Source of the DNA: Pirellulales bacterium
GTDB lineage: Bacteria > Planctomycetota > Planctomycetia > Pirellulales > JAICIG01
Length of the DNA: 64,000 nucleotides
NCBI GenBank assembly: GCA_035531595.1
Contig: DATKSN010000032.1
Coordinates: forward strand, 20,801-84,800
Direction: 5' to 3'
Below the pieces are notes generated by a model. That model had not been told where the DNA came from and did no database searches. It worked only from the letters and a program-made list of their open reading frames with translations. The position numbers and the translations under genes are program-made. Below, piece by piece: positions 53,845-61,668 of this stretch. Every line of letters begins with the position of its first letter. Positions within the stretch are counted from its first letter, which is position 1.

Positions 53845-54120
53845 CACCAACGTGTATGTCTATGCGCTGGATGCGGACGAACCGGCGAAACAGGCCAAAG
53901 CCGTTGAACTGTTCGATCGCCTCATGATGCAACCGAGCGAAACCGTGCTGCTGTGGTTTTCGAGATCTCGTTCGTTTTGCGCTCGCGTTTCAGTCTGTCG
54001 CACTGGGACAGCATGTTGTTGGCGGCGTGCGAAGTAAGCGGCGTATCTACGCTTTACTCGGAAGACATGGCTGCGGCCATGGATTACGACGGCGTGACGA
54101 TCGTGAATCCGTTTGCGTGA
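53831..54120 (+). pseudogene. PIN-domain toxin (VapC) with internal deletion/frameshift
   Basis: The N-terminus MNAVDTNVYVYALDADEPAKQAKAVELF (frame 1, stops at 54037) and the C-terminus FEISFVLRSRFSLSHWDSMLLAACEVSGVSTLYSEDM...VNPFA (frame 3, stop 54118-54120) are in different frames, with the junction near 53955. 290 nt in total is too short for a PIN protein. Confidence 0.65.
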
Positions 54121-54226
54121 GCCGGGTCAGCAGGGCCGTGAAGCCGGGGGGTTGTGGTCGCACAGCAAGGAGCGTCCAGCCCCGAGCACGCCGCCTTCGC
54201 CCAGGGCCTGTTGGGCTGATGGATGC

Positions 54227-54679
54227 TCAGGCCTGCGCGTATTCCTTCAAGAAGCCCTTGAAGAGCACCAGGTGTTCCTCCTCGGCCTTCAGCAATTGGA
54301 TGCAAAGGTCTTGGGTGACGTAGTCCTCGCCGTCGGTGGCCTTGATGAGCTTCTTGTATTGGGCGCAGGCGGCCTGCTCGGCCTCGATCACCGAGCGGAT
54401 GACGCCCACCACGTCGGTCGTGTTGTCGGTGGGCTGCGTCTGGTCGCCAAGCTTGATCTTCATCGAGCCGGGCACCAGCCCGCCGATCTGCTTGATTCGT
54501 TGCCCGAGCTGCGTGGCGTGCCCCAACTCCTCGGCGATGTCGACGGCCAGAGACTTCTTGATCTCCTCGGCGCGCACGCCGTCGAGGTTGATGCTGTTGG
54601 CCAGGTAGTTCATGACCGTCTCGAGTTCCATCGAGTAGGCGGTCTTCAGCATTTCGATCACTTCGGCGTTGGTGGGCAT
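54227..54679 (-). CDS. Ferritin-like (bacterioferritin/Dps superfamily) protein
   Basis: 150-aa four-helix pattern with paired Glu/His ligand motifs (ELETVMNY, AEELGHATQ, EAEQAACAQY, AEEEHLVLF). Confidence 0.75.
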   Translation of the reverse strand: MPTNAEVIEMLKTAYSMELETVMNYLANSINLDGVRAEEIKKSLAVDIAEELGHATQLGQRIKQIGGLVPGSMKIKLGDQTQPTDNTTDVVGVIRSVIEAEQAACAQYKKLIKATDGEDYVTQDLCIQLLKAEEEHLVLFKGFLKEYAQA

Positions 54680-54691
54680 GTTCCACTCCCT

Positions 54692-55720
54692 TCATTCTGT
54701 GTGTTTCATTTCGATGAGAACGGCTTGGGCTTGTGTACGGACTTGGGCGGGCGAGTCGGCCCGACTCAACTTTTCGACCGCGGCGCGCAGCGCACTCAGG
54801 TCGGCCGCGGGATCCTTGACCGCGAGCTCCTTGCTGGCCCGCAGGGCGTTGATCAGAATGAGTTGTCGTTTGAAATCTCGCGACGCCGGTTGCTCCTCGG
54901 TTTCCACCGCGACCCTCTGGGCGGGGTCGAGCATTTCGAGCAGCGTGTCGGCCGCCCGAAGGTCGCCTTGCACCGCCAGCATGGTGGCCGCGTTGTAGCG
55001 GACGTCGGGGTAGCTGTCGTTCAGCATGGCCACGAGCCGCCGCGTGGCCTCCTTTCCCGCGTGGGCGCCCAGCGCGAAGGCGGCGGTCGAACGCATCAAC
55101 GGACGCTCGTCGCGCGACGATTCGACGATCGCCGGCAAGAGCGCGGGTGGGTCCGCCCGAAGAGCCCGCGGCACTTGCGACAGGTACACCGCCACGGCCT
55201 TCACGGCGGCCATCCGAACATTCGCTTCCCGCGGATCGCGTTCGAGCCTGATCGCCTTCACCAGGATATCGACCACACCGGGCACGCGAAACTCGCCCAG
55301 CGCGTTACAAAGGTAGATGCGCAGCTCGATCGCCTGCTCGTCCAGGCGGCCCAAGTCGATTTGCGTTCGCAGCGCGTCGACCAAGTCCGCCGCCAGCGCC
55401 GGATCGTCCTTGAGGTGGTCATTGCGCGGGTTTCGGAGCACGTCGGCCAGATCGTGCGCGGCTTGCCAGCGGCCGTCGTTATCACGCTTCAACGCGGCGA
55501 CGTAGGCGCTCGGGTCGGCGCCGCGGTCGGCCAGCCACTTGATCCCCCAGCCGATCGCGAAGATGATGGCCACGATCAGGGCCGGAATCACGAACAATTG
55601 CACGATGAAGCCGGCGCTCGGCGCGGCGACCGGAGGCAATTGGTCGTCGGGCGAGACGCTCGCGGCGCGCCGCGTTCGCGGCAGGTCGTTGGCGCCGGCG
55701 TTGGTGTCGGTGGTCAGCAT
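54692..55720 (-). CDS. Membrane-anchored HEAT-repeat protein
   Basis: One TM (FIVQLFVIPALIVAIIFAIGWGI) followed by HEAT-like repeats (VRMAAVKAVAVYL, LMRSTAAFALG, DVRYNAATMLAVQGD). Sits 13 nt upstream of the ferritin-like gene. Confidence 0.6.
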   Translation of the reverse strand: MLTTDTNAGANDLPRTRRAASVSPDDQLPPVAAPSAGFIVQLFVIPALIVAIIFAIGWGIKWLADRGADPSAYVAALKRDNDGRWQAAHDLADVLRNPRNDHLKDDPALAADLVDALRTQIDLGRLDEQAIELRIYLCNALGEFRVPGVVDILVKAIRLERDPREANVRMAAVKAVAVYLSQVPRALRADPPALLPAIVESSRDERPLMRSTAAFALGAHAGKEATRRLVAMLNDSYPDVRYNAATMLAVQGDLRAADTLLEMLDPAQRVAVETEEQPASRDFKRQLILINALRASKELAVKDPAADLSALRAAVEKLSRADSPAQVRTQAQAVLIEMKHTE

Positions 55721-55772
55721 ACGAATTCAAGTGTAGAGAGCCAGGGGAGTTCGTCAACCCGTCTGGATCGCA

Positions 55773-55846
55773 AAGGAGAAAGGAGAAAGGAGAAAGGAGA
55801 AAGCGGGCAACTGCCCCTGAACCCCGACAACTGACAACTGACAATG
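55773..55846. repeat. Heptad-periodic tract: (AAGGAGA)x4 ... CTGAACC ... (GACAACT)x2-3
   Basis: aaggagaaaggagaaaggagaaaggaga, then ctgaacc, then gacaactgacaactgacaatg, running into the ATG of the lipoate-ligase-like gene. Confidence 0.9.
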
Positions 55847-56563
55847 ACCTACCTCGATCTTACGCTGCCGACGCCCGCGGAGAACCTGGCCCTTGACGAG
55901 GCTTTGCTGGAACAGGCCGAGGCCGCCGCGCGGTCCAGCGAATGTTTGCGGCTGTGGGAGCCTTCGGAACCGATGGTCATCGTGGGCCGATCGTCGCAGG
56001 TGGCCCGCGAGGTGCGAATGCCGGCCTGCCGCGAGCGCGGGATCCCCGTCTTGCGGCGGGGCAGCGGCGGCGCGGCCGTCGTCACCGGGCCCGGCTGCCT
56101 GATGTATGCGGTGGTTCTTGACCTGCGATCGCGGCCCGAATTGCGGGCGATCGACGCCGCCCATCGCTTCGTGCTGGAAACGCTGGTCGCCGGCATCGGC
56201 GCGCTGGCGCCTGGAATCGCCGTTCGCGGGACGAGCGACCTGGCCTTGGGCGATCGCAAGTTTTCGGGCAATAGCCTGCGCGTCAAACGCGACCATCTGC
56301 TGTACCACGGCACGCTGCTCTACGACTTTCCCTTGCCGCTCATCGAACTCTGCCTGGCGCCGCCCTCGCGTCAGCCCTGCTACCGCGGCGGCCGCTCGCA
56401 CGGCGCCTTCGTCACGAACCTGCCGGTGTCAGGCGCCGAGTTGCGGCGCGCGCTCCTTGACGCGTGGTCCGCGATGGAGCCGCTGTCCGATTGGCCGGCG
56501 GACAGGACTCGTACACTCGCCCTGGCGAAGTACGCGCGTCGAGAGTGGAATGAGCGGCTTTGA
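55844..56563 (+). CDS. Lipoate/biotin protein ligase family (BPL_LplA_LipB catalytic domain) protein
   Basis: 239-aa ORF. NLALDEALLEQA, LRLWEPSEPMVIVGRSS, VLRRGSGGAAVVTGPGCL and KFSGNSLRVKRDHLLYHGTLL fit the LplA-like catalytic domain. No C-terminal accessory domain. Confidence 0.7.
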   Translation: MTYLDLTLPTPAENLALDEALLEQAEAAARSSECLRLWEPSEPMVIVGRSSQVAREVRMPACRERGIPVLRRGSGGAAVVTGPGCLMYAVVLDLRSRPELRAIDAAHRFVLETLVAGIGALAPGIAVRGTSDLALGDRKFSGNSLRVKRDHLLYHGTLLYDFPLPLIELCLAPPSRQPCYRGGRSHGAFVTNLPVSGAELRRALLDAWSAMEPLSDWPADRTRTLALAKYARREWNERL

Positions 56564-56570
56564 CCACGCC

Positions 56571-56622
56571 CGTGAATTCCGAGCGTCGAGGCGCCAATCG
56601 GAACTCTCACGAGTTCCGCTAC
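56571..56622. repeat. Inverted repeat family C, copy 2 (left arm truncated)
   Basis: CGTGAATTCCGAGCGTCGAGGCGCCAATCGGAACTCTCACGAGTTCCGCTAC, between convergent lipoate-ligase-like and methyltransferase genes. The right arm is identical to copy 1. Confidence 0.8.
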
Positions 56623-57437
56623 CCACCTCGCTCCCCTCGCCGGTCGCTGAACAGGTATTCGCTGTTGGCCTCGCCGGTGGCCAGGTTCTTGAGATCGAGA
56701 CCGTGCCGGTCATGGCAGAATTTGTAGACCTCCTCGACTTTGGCGAACTCATAGGGATACCCGCCGAGCCAATCCTTCACGTTCGTGTAATAGTTCATGC
56801 CGCGCGATTTCCGCACGTCGCGGACGACCTTCCAGCCGTTCTTGGCGCCCCTCAGCGTGGGCCAGACCAGATCGCGGAACACGTAGTGCCATTCCATGAA
56901 CTGTTTGCGCAGCGGGCCGACCGCGTTGTAGCGACGCTTGACGTCGCGCCAATAGGTCGAACTGCCGCTGGTCGTGTAGAGTGCGACGTAGAGCAAGCCG
57001 CCGGGTCGCATTCGCGTGATCGCGTTGGTCAGGGCCTCCCACATGCGTCCCGTATGGTGCAGCACGCCCCGCGAGTAAACGATATCGGCCGGCTCGATCG
57101 AATCGAGGAAGGCGGCGTCGAGCACCGAGCCGTGCAGCACGGTCCAGCGATCGGGATCGCCTCGCCGCCGGCGCAACAGGCGTGTGGTTGCGACCGAGTC
57201 CGGGTCGATGTCGAAGCTCACGACCCGTTTGGCCCCCGCGTCGAAGGCCGCCAGCGACGACAGTCCGCTCCCCGAACCGATGTCGAGGAAGTACTTTCCC
57301 TCCAAGTCGCCGCACTCCAGGAAACCGAGCAGATGCTCGCGCGCGCAGGCAAGCCGGTCCTCGGTCAGGTGCCGTTCGGCGAACTCGGCCCAGTTCTTGC
57401 CGAAGGAAAAGCTGACGGGAGTTTTATCGATGACCAT
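56619..57437 (-). CDS. Class I SAM-dependent methyltransferase
   Basis: 272-aa ORF. Motif I FLDIGSGSGLSS, then VVSFDIDPDSV and PGGLLYVALY. Confidence 0.8.
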   Translation of the reverse strand: MVIDKTPVSFSFGKNWAEFAERHLTEDRLACAREHLLGFLECGDLEGKYFLDIGSGSGLSSLAAFDAGAKRVVSFDIDPDSVATTRLLRRRRGDPDRWTVLHGSVLDAAFLDSIEPADIVYSRGVLHHTGRMWEALTNAITRMRPGGLLYVALYTTSGSSTYWRDVKRRYNAVGPLRKQFMEWHYVFRDLVWPTLRGAKNGWKVVRDVRKSRGMNYYTNVKDWLGGYPYEFAKVEEVYKFCHDRHGLDLKNLATGEANSEYLFSDRRGERGG

Positions 57438-57590
57438 CCCGCCAGTCTACCGAACCGCCTTGTGGGGAGAAAGCCGGCAAACGCTTGGCCGATTGGCCGG
57501 CGGATACGCCCCGTACGCTGGTCCCGGCGAAGTACGTCGGACGCCGCTATCAGGGACTTCCACCCCGTCGCGTTGACAGCGTGCGACGCC

Positions 57591-59273
57591 ATGGATACGA
57601 TGAACACCATTGTAGCCCGTACTCTCCGCGGCGAGGCGATGATGGCAAACACGCACACTCCCAGTCGGCGCTCGTGGGCCTTTTTCACGGTTTGTCTGGC
57701 CCTGGTTGGGGAGGCGTCGTTTCCGGCCCCTGCCCGCGCCCTGACGCCGAAAAGTCCCGAGGTCAAGGCGGCCGTCGCACGGGCCTGTGTGTTCTTGGCC
57801 AAGTCGATCGATACCCGCCCCGGCGCCGAGGCGCTGGTGGCCATGACGTTCCTTAAGGCCGAGCAACCCAATCATCCGAAGGTGCAAGCGGGCCTAGCGG
57901 CGGTGAATCAGGTGATGCAGTTCGGCGTGGATAAATACGACATTTATACGGTCGGGCTGATGATTATTTTCCTGACCGAGTTGCCCCCGGAGCAACAGGC
58001 CCCCTACGCCGACACAATTGTGAAGTTGGTCGACCACCTGAAGAGGGTGCAAAAGCCACACGGCGGCTGGGGCTATCCACGCTTTGAAACCGGCGATACG
58101 TCGATGATGCAGTATGGGGTACTGGGATTGTGGTCGGCCGAAGCGGCCGGTTACGACACACCGCTGGAATGTTGGGAAAAAGCGGCCAATTGGTTGATGC
58201 GAACGCAGGCCCCCGACGGGAGTCATGGATACCAAGGCACGGACCCCGGCGGCTTCACGCCTGTCGAGCAGAAGCGCACGACGCTGAGCATGTGCGCCGC
58301 TGGTTCGGGCTGTCTCTACATGTGCGCCGACTATTTCGGCCTGCTCGACGCCAAACTTGATAAAGTCTCCGACGACTCGCCCTTGAAAAAGGTCAAGAAG
58401 CCGGGCGTCGGGCGCAAGGGAAAGGATACGACTCAGGTCGAGGGCGGCACGCTCTGGGAGCGGATCGGAAAGGCCAATGGCCACATGGACGCCAACTTTA
58501 CGGTGAACACTCCCGATTACGGTTTCTACTACCTTTACGCGTTGGAACGCTACAAGACGTTCAAGGATTATGCCGAAGGGAACATCGAAAAGGAGGTCGA
58601 ATGGTACACCGAGGGGGCCAAGTTCTTATTTTCGCAGCAAAAGCCAGATGGCCATTGGGACGCGGTTTCCCTTGAAGTCGGCCCCACCTGCGACACCTGT
58701 TTCGCCACGCTCTTCCTGCTGCGCTCGATGTACAAGAAGGTCACCGAAATCAAACGCTTGCAAGGAGGTTTGGCGGTCGGTGGCCGCGGGCTGCCATCGG
58801 GCGAGGGCGATCTGGAGATGGTCAAGGGCAGCGTCAAGCACAAGCCGCTCAAAGGGCCCGCCGAGGGCCTCCTGGCGATGATCGCCAACCCAAACGACCC
58901 CAAGTTCGAGGAGGCGGTCTCCGGGCTGGCAAGCCAAAGCTTGGCCGGCGATGAAGATCATCTGAGCGACATCCAGAAAAAGCTACGCGAAATGTTGAAA
59001 GAGAGCAAGTCGCCCGAACAGCGTGTCGCGGCCGTCAAGCTGCTGGCGCGGACCCGCGACTTGCGCCAGATACCGATCTTGCTCGAGGCGCTCAAAGACG
59101 CGGACCCCGACGTCTTCAGCACGGCCAACGAAGGGCTGCGCTTCATCAGCCGCAAATTCGCGGGCCCTGGTTTCGGGGGCGGCGTGGCCGACGAGGCCGC
59201 CCGCAAGGAGACGCTCAGCTTCTGGACCAAATGGTACAAGTCGCTGAACCCGGAAGTCGAGTTGGAAGAGTAG
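57591..59273 (+). CDS. Secreted prenyltransferase/squalene-oxidase-repeat protein with C-terminal HEAT repeats
   Basis: Real gene within the 56106..59273 ORF. Signal-like SWAFFTVCLALVGEASFPAPARA (alternative ATG at 57639), HGGWGY, DTSMMQYGVLGLW and QKPDGHW repeats, C-terminal RVAAVKLLARTRD...LLEALKDADPDV. Confidence 0.65.
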   Translation: MDTMNTIVARTLRGEAMMANTHTPSRRSWAFFTVCLALVGEASFPAPARALTPKSPEVKAAVARACVFLAKSIDTRPGAEALVAMTFLKAEQPNHPKVQAGLAAVNQVMQFGVDKYDIYTVGLMIIFLTELPPEQQAPYADTIVKLVDHLKRVQKPHGGWGYPRFETGDTSMMQYGVLGLWSAEAAGYDTPLECWEKAANWLMRTQAPDGSHGYQGTDPGGFTPVEQKRTTLSMCAAGSGCLYMCADYFGLLDAKLDKVSDDSPLKKVKKPGVGRKGKDTTQVEGGTLWERIGKANGHMDANFTVNTPDYGFYYLYALERYKTFKDYAEGNIEKEVEWYTEGAKFLFSQQKPDGHWDAVSLEVGPTCDTCFATLFLLRSMYKKVTEIKRLQGGLAVGGRGLPSGEGDLEMVKGSVKHKPLKGPAEGLLAMIANPNDPKFEEAVSGLASQSLAGDEDHLSDIQKKLREMLKESKSPEQRVAAVKLLARTRDLRQIPILLEALKDADPDVFSTANEGLRFISRKFAGPGFGGGVADEAARKETLSFWTKWYKSLNPEVELEE

Positions 59274-59309
59274 GTGAGCTTCCGTGTGCCGTCAGGCGCC
59301 GTACTATAT

Positions 59310-59421
59310 GAGACATTCACGGTGGCTGGGGCAGAGCCTAAGCGATGCCCCGGTCGCTATCTAGCCGGGGCATCGCTTAGGCTCTGCCACCAGCCACCGC
59401 TTTCTCGTGGCAAAATGTCTC
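59310..59421. mobile_element. Palindromic MITE-like element, copy B6 (core only)
   Basis: GAGACATTCACGGTGGCTGGGGCAGAGCCTAAGCGATGCCCCGGTCGCTATCTAGCCGGGGCATCGCTTAGGCTCTGCCACCAGCCACCGCTTTCTCGTGGCAAAATGTCTC. The outer ATACTTC/GAAGTAT arms are absent. Lies between convergent genes. Confidence 0.85.
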
Positions 59422-59430
59422 ATTTCGGTG

Positions 59431-60714
59431 TCAACCGACCAGCTTTTCGCCGCCGACCAGGTTGGTTAGCGCGCGGTCCAGTTCCGCCGCGCGCCCGGCC
59501 AGGTCGTGGTGACGCTCGACGTAGGCCCGGATGTTCCGCGAGAACTCAACGGCCTCATCCGCGCCGCGCCAGATTCGGGTCACGTCGGCCGCCATCGCCT
59601 CAAGATCGCCGCCGGCGCAAAACCCGCAACGCGAGGCCGACAACATGCCGTCGGGGTCGACCACGAGCGTCACGACTGGGATCCCGTGCATGCCGGCTTG
59701 CAGGAAGGTGTTGGGCATGCCCTCATAAGCCGACGTGTTCACCAGCACGGCCGCACGGCGGTAGTAGTCATCGATCTGGGACTGGGGCACCTGTTCGACC
59801 ATCTCGACATTGGGTGGTCGCTGGGCCGACACCGTTTCGAAGACGTTGGGAGCGGCGCGGTTGACGATCATCATGAATGGAATTTCGTGGCACCGTCGGG
59901 CAAGTTCAAGGCACAGTTCCGGCCGCTTGTAATCATCGGCCTTGCCGATCCAAAGCGCGAATCCTTCAGCAGGGCGGCGCGCCGGCGGCGGAGCGGGTTG
60001 GCACAGGTCGATCGGGTTGCGGATCAGGACGCTCGAACGACCGAAACGGTTTTGGAGCAAAGCTTGCTGCCGGGCGGTTTGCACCACGATCAGGTCGGCG
60101 TGCGCCAGGCCAAAATGGCAGACGTGTCCCCGTTCGCCGTAAATGTTCCGTAAGCTCGAGCCGCGGTGGTACTGTTCGAGCAGGTCGTAGTCGGACGACA
60201 CGAACAGCACGCTTCGGCAACGCCGGCGGCCACAAAAAGCGACTACCTCGGCCGTCACATGGTGCGTGCCGAACGAGGCGTAGACGTCGGCGCCGATCTC
60301 CTCCAGGACTCGGCGGCGCGCCGGGTTGGCGAAGCGGCGCTCTTGGACCTGCCGTCGAAGCGCGCGGGCCGCGAGGCAGGCGACGGCGGCAGGCAACTCC
60401 CAGGCCAGACCGGGCCGCCAACGGTCGATCTTGAGCCAAGGGAATCGCGACTCGGCGTGAATCGATCCGCGCAGCCGGTCGAGCAGCCGGCGATCCCAAC
60501 TCGTGTCGTCGGGCATCGTGAAAACGTCGATGCCGTCGATCCGCTGCCGGTGTGGCTGGCCTTGATCTCGCACCGCAAAGGCGATTTCGTAGCCGGCCAT
60601 GCCGGCCAATTGGCGGCCGAACGACACGGCACGGAACTCCGCGCCACCGAACCGGCCGCCGGCGCCGGGCTCGAACAGGGGGTAGGCGTACGGCAGAACG
60701 AAGCAGATCCTCAT
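59431..60714 (-). CDS. GT-B glycosyltransferase (GT4-like)
   Basis: Start at MRICFVLPYAYP, overlapping the upstream stop (ATGA). C-terminal YEGMPNTFLQAGMHGIPVV (E-x7-E-like). Confidence 0.7.
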   Translation of the reverse strand: MRICFVLPYAYPLFEPGAGGRFGGAEFRAVSFGRQLAGMAGYEIAFAVRDQGQPHRQRIDGIDVFTMPDDTSWDRRLLDRLRGSIHAESRFPWLKIDRWRPGLAWELPAAVACLAARALRRQVQERRFANPARRRVLEEIGADVYASFGTHHVTAEVVAFCGRRRCRSVLFVSSDYDLLEQYHRGSSLRNIYGERGHVCHFGLAHADLIVVQTARQQALLQNRFGRSSVLIRNPIDLCQPAPPPARRPAEGFALWIGKADDYKRPELCLELARRCHEIPFMMIVNRAAPNVFETVSAQRPPNVEMVEQVPQSQIDDYYRRAAVLVNTSAYEGMPNTFLQAGMHGIPVVTLVVDPDGMLSASRCGFCAGGDLEAMAADVTRIWRGADEAVEFSRNIRAYVERHHDLAGRAAELDRALTNLVGGEKLVG

Positions 60715-61661
60715 GGCGACCATCCGCGGAGTTGGCGATAGAGACGGCGCAGTGCGTCGGCTTTCGGTCCCAGGCAGGCATAGGCCAAGAGCACCCACGA
60801 CGCCTTCGCGCGCGGCTGCTGGCGCAGTATCGCCAACGCATGTTTGCGGGCGGTGGCGAATTGGCCGGAATGGACCGCGCTCCAAGCGCAGGCGCGGCGT
60901 CTCTCCAGACCGCTGGTCGGCTTCGGCACGTTCGCCATCAGGTCGGCCGGGCATGCCAGGCCCCGGCGCTGGTAGGCCTCGGACAGCGCCGCCTGCAACG
61001 CGGCCAGCGACCGCTCGTAGTTCCGGAAGCCAAAATTCTCCGCATGCACGCGGTACTTCATCAGCACTTCCGGCAGGTTCGCCAATCTTCCACGCTCCGC
61101 CAGACGAAGCCAAAGATCCTTGTCCTCGGCGCCGTAGAACGGCGGACGATATCCGCTCAGCTCGACCAGCGCCGCGCGGCGAATCATGGCGGCCGGGTGC
61201 GAAAGTCCCCCCTGGCCTCGGAGCAACTGACGGTCGATTTCATCGTGGTCCAACGGAAGTCGCTCCTCGCACAACAGGTCGCCATCCTCGTCGATGTTCG
61301 CCAGCGCGCAGCCGACGGCAAGACACTCGGGATGCGTCCGCAGGTAGGCTAACTGCCGCTCGAAGCGATCGGGCAGCGCGACATCATCCGCGTCCATGCG
61401 GGCCACGAACTCGCCTCGCGCGCGAGCCAACATCTCGTTGAGCGCGGCCAGATGGCCCGTATTCGGCCGGCGCGTCAGCCTGATCCGCGGTTCTCGCGAC
61501 GCATAGCGGACAAGGATTTCGGCCGACCGGTCGGTCGAGCCGTCGTCGATGATCAGCAACTCGAAGTCGCCGAATGTCTGCGCAAGGATGCTCTCGACCG
61601 CCTCCGCGACGTAGCGCTCGGCATTGTACACGGGCATCAGCACGGAAAGCGGGGTTAGCAT
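60711..61661 (-). CDS. Family-2 glycosyltransferase (paralogue 1)
   Basis: Start at MLTPLSVLMPVYNAERYVAEAVESILAQTFGDFELLIIDDGSTD, ARMDADD. Aligns along its full length, by eye, with the C-terminal half of the next gene. Confidence 0.8.
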   Translation of the reverse strand: MLTPLSVLMPVYNAERYVAEAVESILAQTFGDFELLIIDDGSTDRSAEILVRYASREPRIRLTRRPNTGHLAALNEMLARARGEFVARMDADDVALPDRFERQLAYLRTHPECLAVGCALANIDEDGDLLCEERLPLDHDEIDRQLLRGQGGLSHPAAMIRRAALVELSGYRPPFYGAEDKDLWLRLAERGRLANLPEVLMKYRVHAENFGFRNYERSLAALQAALSEAYQRRGLACPADLMANVPKPTSGLERRRACAWSAVHSGQFATARKHALAILRQQPRAKASWVLLAYACLGPKADALRRLYRQLRGWSP

Positions 61662-61668
61662 GTCGCGC

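Noticed and set aside
55773-55800. Four tandem AGGAG cores acting as stacked Shine-Dalgarno sites for the downstream gene.
   Set aside because: The nearest core ends about 45 nt upstream of the ATG at 55844, too far for SD function. The tract is retained only as part of the heptad-repeat observation.
56106-57590. N-terminal 495 codons of the 1055-aa ORF 56106..59273.
   Set aside because: This part overlaps the lipoate-ligase-like gene in another frame and is antisense to the well-supported methyltransferase. A signal-peptide-bearing start for the real protein exists at 57591/57639.
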